In this document: one piece after another, positions 1 through 9,788 of the stretch
How positions within the stretch are numbered: position 1 is the first letter of the stretch
Layout: each line of letters begins with the position of its first letter
NCBI GenBank assembly: GCA_049322355.1
Contig: JBMORG010000001.1
Location: 114,337 to 178,336, forward strand
Source of the DNA: Thermodesulfobacteriota bacterium
GTDB lineage: Bacteria; Desulfobacterota; Desulfobaccia; Desulfobaccales; 0-14-0-80-60-11
Reading direction: 5' to 3'
Length of the DNA: 64,000 bases
Notes under the pieces: model-generated
What the model was told of the DNA's origin: nothing
Seen by the model: the letters and a program-made list of their open reading frames with translations, nothing else
The model's database searches: none
Position numbers and translations under genes: made by a program

Positions 1-1134
1 CAGGCGTTCCTTGGGGACGGTCAGGGCCAGGCGGACGTAACCTTCGCCCGGGGCGCCCAAGCCGTTGCCGGGAATGGTGACGATCCCGGCCTTTTCCAGC
101 AGGTGGGTGGTGAAAGTCATGGAGGTGAAACCCGGAGGCACCGTCAGCCAGACATAGAAGGTGGCTTTGGGGGGCTCCACGTCGTAGCCCAGTTTTTTCA
201 AGCCGCCCACCAGGATATCCCGGCGCTCCTGGAGAATGGCGCAATTTTCCCGGACGCAGCTCTGGTCCGAATCCAGGGCCGTAATCCCGGCAAACTGGAT
301 GGCATCGAAGGCCCCGGAGTCAATGTTGCTCTTGATCTTGCCCAGGGCCGCCAAAATCTCCCGGTTCCCCACCGCCATCCCCAGGCGCCACCCGGTCATA
401 TTGTAGGTTTTTGACAGGGAGTGGAATTCGATGCCGATTTCTTTGGCACCGGGGACCTCCAGAAAACTGGGGGGGTTAAAACCATCGTAGGCCAGCTCGG
501 TATAGGCGGCGTCGTGAACGGCGATAATCTTGTATTCTTTGCAATAGTCCACTACCTTGGCGAAAAAGGCTGTATCCGCCACCGCCGCGGTGGGGTTATT
601 GGGATAATTGAAAAACAGGGCTTTGGCGTCCCGGGAGATCAGCGGCGGGATATGGTCCAAATCAGGCAAAAAGTTGTTTTCCCGGGTGAGAGGCAGAAAG
701 TGGCAATAGCCGCCGGCGAACAGAGTCCCCATCTGATAAACGGGATAGCCCGGCGAGGTCATGAGATTGATGTCTTCCGGGTTGTTGATCCCCAAGGGCA
801 GGTGAGCGATGCCTTCTTTGGAGCCGATGAGGGTGAGGACTTCGCTCTCCGGGTCCAGGTCCACCGCGAAACGCCCCTGATACCAGCGAGCCACGGCCTC
901 CCGGAAGAGGTTCATGCCGGAGTAGGCCGGGTAGCGGTGGGTTTTGGGGTCTTGCACCGCTTCGATCATCCTGTCTATGATGAAGCGGGGGGTGGGCAGG
1001 TCCGGGTCGCCTACGCCCAGGTCAATGATATCCACCCCTCGGGCCTTGACTTCGGCCTTTTTATCGTCGATGGCCTTAAAGAGATAGGGCGGAATCAAGC
1101 CCAGGCGCGCCGCGGGTTCAAAAAAATCAGTCAT
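1..1134 (-). CDS. dapL: LL-diaminopimelate aminotransferase-type class I PLP aminotransferase (3' end cut by window edge)
   Basis: Not in the ORF track because it runs off the window. My reverse-strand translation from ATG (comp. 1132-1134) reads MTDFFEPAARLGLIPPYLFKAIDDKKAEVKARGVDIIDLGVGDPDLPTP..., then EFHSLSKTYNMTGWRLG (PLP-lysine motif), then ...GYVRLALTVPKERL. It lies next to dapB/dapA/dapF/lysA. The + ORFs 103..414 and 421..1140 are antisense shadows. Confidence 0.75.
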   Translation of the reverse strand, partial: MTDFFEPAARLGLIPPYLFKAIDDKKAEVKARGVDIIDLGVGDPDLPTPRFIIDRMIEAVQDPKTHRYPAYSGMNLFREAVARWYQGRFAVDLDPESEVLTLIGSKEGIAHLPLGINNPEDINLMTSPGYPVYQMGTLFAGGYCHFLPLTRENNFLPDLDHIPPLISRDAKALFFNYPNNPTAAVADTAFFAKVVDYCKEYKIIAVHDAAYTELAYDGFNPPSFLEVPGAKEIGIEFHSLSKTYNMTGWRLGMAVGNREILAALGKIKSNIDSGAFDAIQFAGITALDSDQSCVRENCAILQERRDILVGGLKKLGYDVEPPKATFYVWLTVPPGFTSMTFTTHLLEKAGIVTIPGNGLGAPGEGYVRLALTVPKERL

Positions 1135-1173
1135 CTATGAGACCCTTTCTGATAAACACGTGAAAGTCATTTT

Positions 1174-1249
1174 CCTCTCCCCTGGTGGGAGGGGATTAAG
1201 GGGTTGGGGATTCACCCCCACCCTAACCCTCCCCCATCAGGGGGGAGAG
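1174..1249. repeat. palindromic GC-rich intergenic element, family A, copy 1
   Basis: Left arm cctctcccctggtgggaggggattaaggggttgggga. Right arm cacccccaccctaaccctcccccatcaggggggag (1213-1247), which is the near reverse complement. Lies between the FAH stop and the dapL start. Confidence 0.85.
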
Positions 1250-1262
1250 AATTTTAGACCCT

Positions 1263-2042
1263 TCAAGAAGCCAGCCTTTCTCCAGCTAATCGGTTTTTTA
1301 GGGTGCCAATACCTTCCACCCGGATTTCCACCACGTCGCCTGCCCGCATGGGGCCGATGCCCGAGGGGGTGCCGGTGGCGATGACATCGCCGGGCAAAAG
1401 CGTCATGATCCGGGAGATGAATGATACCAGGGTGGCCACCGGAAAGACCATATTTCGGGTGTTGGAGTGCTGCCGGTTTTCGCCGTTCAGATAAGCCTCT
1501 ACCGTAAGGTTGTCCGGGTCGGGGATATCGGTTTCGATCCAGGGACCCAGAGGGGCGAAGGTGTCAAAACCTTTGGACCGGGTGAACTGCCCGTCTTTTT
1601 TCTGCAGGTCCCGGGCAGTGACGTCATTGATGCAGGTGTACCCCAGAACATAGTCGCGAAAGTCTTCCTCCGGAACGTTATGGCAAGTACGCCCGATAAC
1701 CACGGCCAGTTCGGCTTCGTAATCCACCCGCCGGGACATGGCCGGATAGATGATGTCTTCATCAGGGCCGATCACTGCGGTGGATGGTTTGAGGAAGAGC
1801 AGGGGTTCATCCGGAATAGGGTGGCCAAACTCCGCGGCGTGGTCCCGATAATTCAAGCCCAGGGCCACGATCTTTGTGGGTTCGCAGGGCGCCAACAGCT
1901 TGACCGCCGGCAAGGACATGATCTCTCCAACAGTATTTTTCAAACCGCTGTCATAGGGAGTGCTCCATAAGACATTGATTTTCTCCCCTTCCAGGATGCC
2001 GTAACCGGTCCGGCCCGTCAGTTCAAAACGTACGATGCGCAT
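1263..2042 (-). CDS. fumarylacetoacetate hydrolase (FAH) family protein
   Basis: 259 aa. [19 protein letters not shown]..., [21 protein letters not shown] and the C-terminal [13 protein letters not shown] are typical of the FAH / 2-keto-4-pentenoate hydratase fold. Confidence 0.8.
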   Translation of the reverse strand: MRIVRFELTGRTGYGILEGEKINVLWSTPYDSGLKNTVGEIMSLPAVKLLAPCEPTKIVALGLNYRDHAAEFGHPIPDEPLLFLKPSTAVIGPDEDIIYPAMSRRVDYEAELAVVIGRTCHNVPEEDFRDYVLGYTCINDVTARDLQKKDGQFTRSKGFDTFAPLGPWIETDIPDPDNLTVEAYLNGENRQHSNTRNMVFPVATLVSFISRIMTLLPGDVIATGTPSGIGPMRAGDVVEIRVEGIGTLKNRLAGERLAS

Positions 2043-2074
2043 TGTTAGCCTTTCAGGCGTCAGTTACTCTAACC

Positions 2075-2101
2075 CGTTCCCAAGTGCAACTTGGGAACGA
2101 G
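2075..2101. repeat. GTTCCCAAG-N6-CTTGGGAAC hairpin word (family B)
   Basis: cgttcccaagtgcaacttgggaacgag, identical over 27 nt to 37713-37739. Related copies lie at 17736-17760, 17815-17837, 30881-30904 and 37764-37789. Confidence 0.85.
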
Positions 2102-2157
2102 GCTAAAAGTCCCCCTTTGGCAAAGGGGGATTTAGGGGGATTTTGTATAACCTGCGG

Positions 2158-2961
2158 CTACTTCAACCCCAGCACGTCCTGCATATCATACAATCCCGGC
2201 GGTTGAGTCACAATCCATTGGGCCGCTCGCACCGCACCCCGGGCGAAATTGTCCCGGCTGTGGGCCCGGTGGATGATCTCCAGGCGTTCACCCATGCCGC
2301 CGAAGAGCACTGTGTGCTCTCCCACGATGTCCCCGGCCCGCACCGTTTGGATACCGATTTCTTGATCGGTGCGCTGGCCGATGATCCCGTGGCGGGCATA
2401 AACCCCGGTCTTGTCCAACTCCCGGCCCAGGGCGTGGGCGATAACCTGCCCCAACTTGATGGCGGTGCCGCTGGGAGCGTCTTTCTTCAGGCGGTGGTGC
2501 GCCTCCACGATCTCCACGTCATAGCCGTCGCCCAGCACCCGGGCAATATCCGCCACCACCTTGAACATGAGATTAACGCCGACACTCATGTTAGGGGCGA
2601 ACACCAGGTGAGCCCGGGAGGCCAGGGCTTGAATTTCGGCGATCTGGGGGGGCGAAAACCCGGTGGTCCCCAGGACCATGGCCTTGCCGGCGTCGGCCAC
2701 GGCGCGCAGGTGAGTGAGAGAAGGCTCCGGATGGGTGAACTCGATGACCACATGGCCCTGGGGCAACACCTTGGCCATAGAATCTCCGATGGTGATCCCC
2801 TTGGCAGGGAGTCCCACAACTTCGCCCACATCTTTGCCCACCGCAGGATGCCCGGGGGACTCCACGGCCCCCGCCAACTGGATGCCTTCAGCCGCCTCCA
2901 TCATGTGGACGATGCGGCCGCCCATCCGGCCAGCCACGCCGGTTACGATCGCTTTAACCAT
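2158..2961 (-). CDS. dapB: 4-hydroxy-tetrahydrodipicolinate reductase
   Basis: 267 aa. N-terminal Rossmann motif VTGVAGRMGG, then EAHHRLKKDAPSGTA (DapB signature). AGGAG lies upstream of the ATG. Confidence 0.92.
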   Translation of the reverse strand: MVKAIVTGVAGRMGGRIVHMMEAAEGIQLAGAVESPGHPAVGKDVGEVVGLPAKGITIGDSMAKVLPQGHVVIEFTHPEPSLTHLRAVADAGKAMVLGTTGFSPPQIAEIQALASRAHLVFAPNMSVGVNLMFKVVADIARVLGDGYDVEIVEAHHRLKKDAPSGTAIKLGQVIAHALGRELDKTGVYARHGIIGQRTDQEIGIQTVRAGDIVGEHTVLFGGMGERLEIIHRAHSRDNFARGAVRAAQWIVTQPPGLYDMQDVLGLK

Positions 2962-3033
2962 AACGGTCTCCTGATTTAATTGAAGGGGAGGCCTGTAGGG
3001 ACGGGTTTTAAACCCGCCCCTGAAACAAGCTAT

Positions 3034-3909
3034 CTATTTAATGAGACCATACTTCTGCATTACCTGGCGAAGTTTATTTTCATTGGCCTCGGACATGGCC
3101 CACAGGGGTTGGCGCACTTCGCCGGTGATTTTGCCCATCAGCTTCAGGGCGGTTTTGACCGGGGCGGGGTTGGTCTCATAGAACATGGCCTCCATCAGGG
3201 GCCACATCTTATAGTGGAGTTCCCTTGCCTTCGCCAGGTCCCCGGCGAAAAAGGCGTTGCACATGCCCGCCATGTCGGAAGGCGTCACGTTGGAGACCAC
3301 CGAAATCACGCCCTGGCCTCCCACGCACAGCAGCGGAAAAGTGGTGAAATCATCTCCGGAGAGGACGGTGATCTTATCGCCGCACAACTCCAGGGTCTTG
3401 GCCCCCTGCTTCAGATCCCCGGTGGCGTCTTTAAGTCCCACGATATTGGGGATAGCCGCCAGCCGGGCCATAGTTTCCGGCAGCAGGTTGACACTGGTGC
3501 GGCCTGGCACGTTATAGACCACGATGGGAATTTTGGTCTTGGACGTTACGGTTTTATAGTGCTGGAAGAGGCCTTCCTGGGTCGGTTTGTTGTAGTAAGG
3601 AGTGATCATCAGGGCCGCGTCGGCGCCGGCGGCCTGGGCATGCTGGGTGAGTTCCAGGGATTCGGCGGTACTGTTGGAGCCGGACCCGGCGATCACGGGG
3701 ACCCGTTTTTTCACCTGGTCGATGCAGGTTTCCACTACCCGTTTGTGCTCGGCGTGAGACAGAACGGGGGATTCGCCGGTGGTGCCGCAGGGCACGATGC
3801 CATGAATGCCGCCCTGGATCTGCAACTCGATGAGTTTCCGGTAGGCCTCTTCGTCGAATTGGCCGTTCTTGAAAGGAGTAACGATGGCGGTGATGGCTCC
3901 CTTGAACAT
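3034..3909 (-). CDS. dapA: 4-hydroxy-tetrahydrodipicolinate synthase
   Basis: 291 aa. AIVTPFKNG..., GIVPCGTTGESPVLS and YNVPGRT match DapA motifs. GAGGAGG RBS. Confidence 0.93.
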   Translation of the reverse strand: MFKGAITAIVTPFKNGQFDEEAYRKLIELQIQGGIHGIVPCGTTGESPVLSHAEHKRVVETCIDQVKKRVPVIAGSGSNSTAESLELTQHAQAAGADAALMITPYYNKPTQEGLFQHYKTVTSKTKIPIVVYNVPGRTSVNLLPETMARLAAIPNIVGLKDATGDLKQGAKTLELCGDKITVLSGDDFTTFPLLCVGGQGVISVVSNVTPSDMAGMCNAFFAGDLAKARELHYKMWPLMEAMFYETNPAPVKTALKLMGKITGEVRQPLWAMSEANENKLRQVMQKYGLIK

Positions 3910-3921
3910 ATTGCTACCTCC

Positions 3922-4758
3922 TCACTTGAGTTCGTCGACCCACAGTTCGCCCTGGTAGGCCACCAGGGCATCGCCTTCCAGGAAGACTTCGTTGAAGGTC
4001 TCTCCTTGGGGCGTAAAATATATGATCAACGCTTCGCCGCCCCGGGTGTGGACGGTGACGGGAGAGCGGGCCTGCCCCAGCCGGGCGGCAAGCAGGGCCG
4101 AAGCCACGGCGCCGGTGCCGCAGGCCAGGGTTTCGTCCTCGACCCCCCGTTCGTAGGTGCGAATTCTTATGGCCTGGGGGCCTTCAACCTTAACGAAGTT
4201 AACATTGGTGCCCGCCGGCTGAAACAGCGGGTGAAAACGCACCGCCCGGCCCCATTGGGTGACGGGAGCCTGTTCCAAGTCATTTACCGGTACCGCCACA
4301 TGGGGCACACCCACCTTCATAAAATGGCCCAGAAGGGTTTCACTTTCCAGAGGGATGGTTTGGTCCAGGCGAAAATCACCCACCCCGGTCATGAGCAGCT
4401 TTACCCGGCGGCCCTTGACTTCGGCTTTGATGGTGCCCGCCAGGGTTTCAAAGGACAATTCAGGGGGGGCAATGCCTTTTAAAACCGCAAACCGGGCGGC
4501 GCAGCGCCCGCCGTTGCCGCACATTTCGGGTTCGGAGCCGTCGGCGTTATAAAACTGCCAGCGGAAATTGGCGGTGGGGCAGCCCTCGATGAGGATGAGG
4601 CCGTCGGCCCCCGCGCCCAACTGGCGATGGCAGACCCGGCGGGCAAACTCCGGCTGCTCGGCCTTGGGGATAAAGCCCTGCCGGTGGTCGATGAGCACAA
4701 AATCGTTGCCCCCGCCGTGCATTTTATAAAAGGGGAGGCGTTTCGTTTCTCTATTCAT
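3922..4758 (-). CDS. dapF: diaminopimelate epimerase
   Basis: 278 aa. FYKMHGGGNDFVLID, the catalytic-Cys contexts EMCGNGGRC and ACGTGAVA. Confidence 0.92.
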   Translation of the reverse strand: MNRETKRLPFYKMHGGGNDFVLIDHRQGFIPKAEQPEFARRVCHRQLGAGADGLILIEGCPTANFRWQFYNADGSEPEMCGNGGRCAARFAVLKGIAPPELSFETLAGTIKAEVKGRRVKLLMTGVGDFRLDQTIPLESETLLGHFMKVGVPHVAVPVNDLEQAPVTQWGRAVRFHPLFQPAGTNVNFVKVEGPQAIRIRTYERGVEDETLACGTGAVASALLAARLGQARSPVTVHTRGGEALIIYFTPQGETFNEVFLEGDALVAYQGELWVDELK

Positions 4759-4822
4759 GGCTTTGGAGAACGGACCTCTGTATCTCGTCCCTCAGAGACT
4801 TTAAAACGTTTGGTCATTTAAT

Positions 4823-4921
4823 TCCCCCTCCCTTGATTGGAGGGGGTTAGGGGGAGGGTGAAAACCGGTCAATCAAATGATGATCACCCCCACCCTGACC
4901 CTCCCCCATCAAGGGGGAGGA
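4823..4921. repeat. family A element, copy 2
   Basis: Left arm 4823-4860 (tccccctcccttgattggagggggttagggggagggtg), a 24-nt spacer, right arm 4885-4920 (cacccccaccctgaccctcccccatcaagggggagg). Lies between lysA and dapF. Confidence 0.85.
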
Positions 4922-4969
4922 ATTATAAGCCTTTACGTGTCCGCCCAAAGGGGCAAACGCAAGTGCGCC

Positions 4970-6256
4970 CTACGATCTCAAAAACTCCGGAATCGACTCC
5001 CCCCAGGTAAGCTGGCGGTATGTCTCCCGTTTTCTGATAACATAAAAATCCCCATCCTGCACCAAGATTTCCGCTACCCGGGGACGGGCGTTGTAGTTGG
5101 AGCTCATGGAAAAGCCGTAGGCCCCGGCGCTCAAAACCGCCACCAGTTCTCCCGGTTGAAAGGCCGGCATGAGGCGATCCTTGGCCAGGAAATCCCCGGA
5201 TTCACAGATAGGGCCCACGATGGAAGCCTTCACCTGGGGCCGGGGTGCTTCCACTACCGGCCAAAGCCCGTGGTACGAGCCATAAAGGCTGGGGCGGGCC
5301 AGGTCGTTCATCCCCGCATCCGCAATGATGAAATGCTTGGACTCGGTGGCCTTGGTGTATAGCACTTTGGTCACTAAAATCCCGGCGTTGCCCACCAGTA
5401 CCCGGCCGGGCTCCAGAATGAGGGTGCATTCCAGGCCCTTGAGATGTTCCAACAGTTCCTGGCCGTACTCCTGCGGGTGTGGCGGTTTCTCGTCGTGGTA
5501 TTGAATCCCTAACCCGCCCCCCAGATCCAGGTAGCGGATCCGGATGCCCAAAGTCCTCAGACGGTCGATAAGTTCTTTCAGGCGCTTCAAGGCATCCACA
5601 AAGGGCGTCACCTGAGTGATCTGAGAGCCGATGTGGCAGGCTACCCCCACCACTTCGAGATGCGGCAATTCCTGGGCCCGGCGATAATCCTCCACGGCCT
5701 GCTCGATGTCGATGCCGAACTTGTTTTTCTTAAGTCCGGTGGAGATGTAGGGATGGGTCTTGGCATCGATGTCCGGGTTGATCCTCAGGGCCACCCGGGC
5801 CTTAAGCTTCAAACGACCGGCGATGCGGTTGATGGCCTCCAACTCCTGGGAAGACTCCAGGTTGAATAGCAAGATGTTTGCCTTGAGGGCCGTCCTGATC
5901 TCCGCCGGTTTCTTCCCTACCCCGGAGTACACGATTTTGCCCGGGTCCACGCCGGCCTGCAGGGCCCGGTAAAGTTCGCCCCCGGAAACGATGTCCGCCC
6001 CGGCCCCCAAACGCCCAAACAGTCTCAAGATGGCCAGGTTGGCATTGGCCTTCACCGCAAAGCAGACGATGTGGGGAAACTCCGCGAAGGCGGCGTCGAA
6101 GACCCGAAAGTGATGGGTCAGGGTCGCGGCGCTGTACAAATAAAAAGGTGTGCCCACCGCCTGGGCAATTTTACGCACCGGCACGTTTTCGCAGTAGAGT
6201 TCTCCTGCCTGGTAATTGAAGTGATGCACCGACTGGTTCCTGTCCTTTCGCGGCAA
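4970..6256 (-). CDS. lysA: diaminopimelate decarboxylase (start probably the internal GTG at comp. 6229)
   Basis: HHFNYQAGELYCENVPVRKIAQAVGTPFYLYS, FAVKANANLAIL (PLP Lys), GPICESGD. The tracked start is TTG. A GTG 9 codons downstream gives the usual LysA N-terminus. Confidence 0.9.
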   Translation of the reverse strand: MPRKDRNQSVHHFNYQAGELYCENVPVRKIAQAVGTPFYLYSAATLTHHFRVFDAAFAEFPHIVCFAVKANANLAILRLFGRLGAGADIVSGGELYRALQAGVDPGKIVYSGVGKKPAEIRTALKANILLFNLESSQELEAINRIAGRLKLKARVALRINPDIDAKTHPYISTGLKKNKFGIDIEQAVEDYRRAQELPHLEVVGVACHIGSQITQVTPFVDALKRLKELIDRLRTLGIRIRYLDLGGGLGIQYHDEKPPHPQEYGQELLEHLKGLECTLILEPGRVLVGNAGILVTKVLYTKATESKHFIIADAGMNDLARPSLYGSYHGLWPVVEAPRPQVKASIVGPICESGDFLAKDRLMPAFQPGELVAVLSAGAYGFSMSSNYNARPRVAEILVQDGDFYVIRKRETYRQLTWGESIPEFLRS

Positions 6257-6365
6257 TTTACCATGGTATTTGGTAGCCGCAGGCTAGCCTGCGCCGGCCA
6301 AATCACCCAGAGATAGTCGCAGGATAAAGCCTGCGACTATCTAAAGACTTGCTTATTCCATTTAA

Positions 6366-7586
6366 TCAATAAGTTACCGCCGCCACCTCCGACGGCATAC
6401 TCTCGTTGGCTCTGGGAGAGTCGTCCACCGCGGTCACGTAGTAATGGTAAGTCCGGCCCCGGGTAACCTGGGAGTCTAAGAAATAGGGCTTCTTGACCAG
6501 CTCCGGGGTGAGCCGGCTATATTTTTCCTCCCCAGAGAAACGCCGGTAGAGCCGGTAACCGGCCACGTCGGGTTCCGGACTCAGCTCCCACCGCAATTCC
6601 ACCCCTTGGGAGGTGGGCACCGCCAGGAAATTCAACACCGGCGGCGGCGGGGTGCGCTTCTCCGGCATGGCCATCCGGGTGGGTGAATCAAGGCTGGCCA
6701 GCAGGTCGCCGCCTAACCGTCGCACCGCATTAACTTTATAATTATATTCCACATTGTTAAGCACTGCCAGGTCCTGGAATTGATTCTGGAGCACCGGCGC
6801 CGGTGTGACGCGAATCCAGGCCCCTAGGCCCGAGCGGCGGAAGACCAGATAACCCGCCAGGTCCCGGACCGGCGACCCGTCTTGCAGCAGAGTCACCGGG
6901 GCCCAGGACAGAGATACGACTTTATCGCCGGGCACGGCCTTGAAGTCTCCGGGGGTCCGGGGCAGCCAGCCCCAGGCATGGCTCAAGGTCTGGGACCAGC
7001 CCCCATTGTAACCATCTTGGTTATAGGCCGCCACCCGATAATAATAGCGCTGGTCCGGCACCAACTCCTGGTCCCGGAACAGCATGGCCTCCCCCTGGAC
7101 CTCCCCCTGCTGGGGATAGGCCAGGTCGATGTCGGCATATAAGCTAAAATCCGAAGACGCTAATGCTTCAGGGGTTAGCCCCTTGAGGGCAGCCCGATAC
7201 ACCCGGCAGCCTTGGACCTGAGTAAGAGGCTGGCCCAAAAGGTTTTCCCGGGGCAACAGCCAGCTCAAAACCAGGGCGTTGGCTTCCTGGTTCAATTGCA
7301 AATTACGTACCGGCGCCGGCAATACCCGGTCAGGGGCATGCGGCGTCATCCGCTTGCCGCAAGCGGTTGTAGTTAACAGAAGGCAGATGATGAAGAGGAA
7401 TAAGTATTTTGAAGAGAAGGCCGGGGAATGGCTAGTTGCGGTTCTCAGTAGAAAATACCCTGGGAATCGGGAAGTCGGCGAACCCGACCACCCCCCCAAG
7501 AACCCTGAACCCGGAACCCAGAACCTTCCCCTGGCCCCTGACCCCTGGCCCCTGACTCCTGACCCCTGCTTAAATCTCCTGCTCAT
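6366..7586 (-). CDS. fibronectin-type-III repeat lipoprotein (start uncertain)
   Basis: Signal/lipobox-like KYLFLFIICLLLTTTAC, then 3-4 FN3-like units (LSWLLP..YRVYR..YYYRVAAYN; VSLSWAP..YLVFRR..YNYKVNAV; VELRWE..YRLYRR..YHYYVTAVDD). The first ~60 codons of the tracked ORF are translated low-complexity repeat DNA (GSGVRGQGSGARG) and overlap the argH 3' end. Confidence 0.65.
   Translation of the reverse strand: MSRRFKQGSGVRGQGSGARGRFWVPGSGFLGGWSGSPTSRFPGYFLLRTATSHSPAFSSKYLFLFIICLLLTTTACGKRMTPHAPDRVLPAPVRNLQLNQEANALVLSWLLPRENLLGQPLTQVQGCRVYRAALKGLTPEALASSDFSLYADIDLAYPQQGEVQGEAMLFRDQELVPDQRYYYRVAAYNQDGYNGGWSQTLSHAWGWLPRTPGDFKAVPGDKVVSLSWAPVTLLQDGSPVRDLAGYLVFRRSGLGAWIRVTPAPVLQNQFQDLAVLNNVEYNYKVNAVRRLGGDLLASLDSPTRMAMPEKRTPPPPVLNFLAVPTSQGVELRWELSPEPDVAGYRLYRRFSGEEKYSRLTPELVKKPYFLDSQVTRGRTYHYYVTAVDDSPRANESMPSEVAAVTY
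7495..7570. repeat. low-complexity (cctga/cccctg)n repeat
   Basis: aaccctgaacccggaacccagaaccttcccctggcccctgacccctggcccctgactcctgacccctgc, immediately downstream of the argH stop. It translates to the GSGVRGQG-type 'N-terminus' of ORF 6366..7586. Confidence 0.8.
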
Positions 7587-8970
7587 GCAGATTTAATCCT
7601 AATTCTGCTTCCACCCGTTCTAGGGCCTCCCGGACCCTTTCCGGCGCGGTACCCCCCGGGGATTTTCTCCGGGACACGGAGTTTTCGATCTTGAGCCAGT
7701 CAAATACCTCGGTTGTGGCCAGGGGAGCAAACTGCCGAATTTCTTCCAGGCTTAGTTCCCATAACTCTTTGCCCGTGGATTCGGCGTAGCGTACCGTGTT
7801 CCCCACCTGTTCGTGTGCGGTGCGGAACGGCAGTCCCTTGGTCACCAGGTAATCGGCCAGGTCGGTGGCGGTGAGAAAGCCGCCATACAGGGCCGCGGCC
7901 ATCTTTTCCGGCCGCACTGTAAGATTCGCAAGCAAGCCGGCCATCAACTGCACCGCGGCCCTCACCGTGTCCACAGTGTCGAACAGGGGCTCTTTGTCCT
8001 CCTGGAGGTCCCGGTTATAGGCCAGGGGCAGTCCCTTCAGGGTCATGAGCAGGCCCATGAGATGGCCTGTGACCCGGCCGCATTTGCCCCGGATGAGTTC
8101 CGGAACATCGGGGTTCTTCTTTTGGGGCATGATGGAAGACCCGGTGGCATAAGCGTCTGGCAGCACCGCAAACCCGAATTCCGATGACGACCACAGGATG
8201 AGTTCTTCTGACAGCCGGCTCAAGTGCACCATGATGATACTGGCCTGAGCGAGAAATTCAATCACAAAATCCCGGTCGCTCACCGCGTCCAGGCTGTTCC
8301 GGAAGATTTTGGGAAAACCCACCTGGGCGGCCACCAAGTGGGGGTCGACGGGAAAGGTGGTGCCTGCCAGAGCCGCAGCCCCCAGGGGAGAAACCTTGAT
8401 GCGGCCCAAGGATTCGTGCAGGCGCTCCTGGTCCCGGCGCCACATTTCATCATAGGCCAGGAGGTGATGGGCGAAGAGGATGGGTTGGGCCCGCTGCATA
8501 TGGGTATAGCCGGGCATGATGGCGTCTTGATGGAGGTGGGCCAGGCGCACCCCGGCCATACGCAGGTCGCCCAGATCGGCAATGAGGCCTTCTGCTTCCT
8601 CGGCCAGGTAGAGACGCACGTCCAGGGCCACCTGGTCGTTGCGGCTACGGGCAGTATGGAGCTTGCGGCCCACCTCGCCGAGCCGGTCGGTGAGCCGGGC
8701 TTCAATGGCCATGTGGATGTCTTCCAAGGCGGGATCGAACTCGAACTCTCCAGCCTCGATTTCCCGCAGAATCTCGGTGAGCCCGGCCACGATCTGCTCG
8801 CCTTCCGCCGCAGTGATGATGCCCTGCTGGGCCAGCATGCGGGCGTGGGCCATGGAGCCGGCAATATCCTGGCGGTAGAGGCGCTGGTCGAAACTCAAGG
8901 AGGTGGTGAAATCCTCCACCGATTTTTCGGTTTCGTCTGCGAAACGTCCGCCCCAGGGTTTTTGGGCCAT
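7570..8970 (-). CDS. argH: argininosuccinate lyase
   Basis: 466 aa. WGGRF..., TARSRNDQVA, GSSIMPQKKNPD (fumarate-lyase signature). Confidence 0.93.
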   Translation of the reverse strand: MAQKPWGGRFADETEKSVEDFTTSLSFDQRLYRQDIAGSMAHARMLAQQGIITAAEGEQIVAGLTEILREIEAGEFEFDPALEDIHMAIEARLTDRLGEVGRKLHTARSRNDQVALDVRLYLAEEAEGLIADLGDLRMAGVRLAHLHQDAIMPGYTHMQRAQPILFAHHLLAYDEMWRRDQERLHESLGRIKVSPLGAAALAGTTFPVDPHLVAAQVGFPKIFRNSLDAVSDRDFVIEFLAQASIIMVHLSRLSEELILWSSSEFGFAVLPDAYATGSSIMPQKKNPDVPELIRGKCGRVTGHLMGLLMTLKGLPLAYNRDLQEDKEPLFDTVDTVRAAVQLMAGLLANLTVRPEKMAAALYGGFLTATDLADYLVTKGLPFRTAHEQVGNTVRYAESTGKELWELSLEEIRQFAPLATTEVFDWLKIENSVSRRKSPGGTAPERVREALERVEAELGLNLHEQEI

Positions 8971-9017
8971 AAGCTCTTCCTTAAATTCGGGTTCTGATGA
9001 ACCTGCAAAGAGTCACT

Positions 9018-9124
9018 TTCCCCGCCTCTAATGGTAGGGGATTAATGGGAGGGGGATTGTAAATAATCTTCAGAGGTTAATTATTCTACTCCCCCTAACC
9101 CTCCACCCATCCCAGGGGGAGGGA
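9018..9124. repeat. family A element, copy 3 (diverged)
   Basis: ttccccgcctctaatggtaggggattaatgggagggggatt ... ctccccctaaccctccacccatcccagggggaggg. Lies between the 9132..9788 gene and argH. Confidence 0.7.
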
Positions 9125-9131
9125 ATTCCCT

Positions 9132-9788
9132 CTAGGGCTTAAAAGACTGCAACTTATAGGTGCGGTTTTCAGAGGTTGGGGTTCCCTCTCTGGATTTTTG
9201 CTTGATGGTGACCAGGCTCTCGACTATGCCCACCTTGGGGGCATACCATTCGCAGCCCGTAACAGAGGCGCCGGCGTCATTGGAGCCCACTTGCTTAATT
9301 TTCAGACAGTCTTTGAAGGACCCGGCGGGAACCTTGACGTCCTCTGATACACTTTCAATCGTCAGGCTGACATTCAAAGGGTTGTTTCCCAACTTTGTGG
9401 TCATATTCCAGCTGTTGCCCTCGGCGATGGGAAACCTGAGATGACATTCTTTCGGAGTAACCAGGGTCGGCGTCCCCTTTTCGCCGATTTGCTCGGCATA
9501 GCGATAGACCCCATAATCATCCTTTTCCATAAATTCAATGAAGATGTGCCCGCCCAAGTCCCATCGGCGCGGGGTAACTTTCTTGCCCTGTACCTCCCGA
9601 GGCGCCAGGTTGGTAATGATTAATTTTTTCGTATCGCTCTTATCCGATATGACAATATACTCCCAACGCATGCCTTCTTTGAGGGGATAGTAGGACTCAC
9701 CGAGTTCATCGCACCAGGCACTGCCGGCCGTTACCAGAGAAAAAGCGATTACTAAGGAGGTGATGATCCCTGTAGTTCCCATGGCCAC
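9132..9788 (-). CDS. hypothetical secreted protein
   Basis: 218 aa. N-terminal signal-like MAMGTTGIITSLVIAFSLVTAGSAWC and a beta-rich body. Visibly lower GC than the flanking argH and argG. I recognise no motif. Confidence 0.55.
   Translation of the reverse strand: MAMGTTGIITSLVIAFSLVTAGSAWCDELGESYYPLKEGMRWEYIVISDKSDTKKLIITNLAPREVQGKKVTPRRWDLGGHIFIEFMEKDDYGVYRYAEQIGEKGTPTLVTPKECHLRFPIAEGNSWNMTTKLGNNPLNVSLTIESVSEDVKVPAGSFKDCLKIKQVGSNDAGASVTGCEWYAPKVGIVESLVTIKQKSREGTPTSENRTYKLQSFKP

Noticed and set aside
2980-4482. A 500-aa + strand ORF. Similar long ORFs: 421..1140 (+), 40779..41903 (+), 45958..47076 (-), 62377..63693 (-), 14147..15004 (+), 52151..52960 (+).
   Set aside because: All lie antisense to genes with unmistakable enzyme motifs (dapA/dapF, dapL, fhs, cooS, hdrL, argB, gap). 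Their translations are G/R/H/P/A-rich with no motifs, as expected for shadow frames in high-GC3 DNA.
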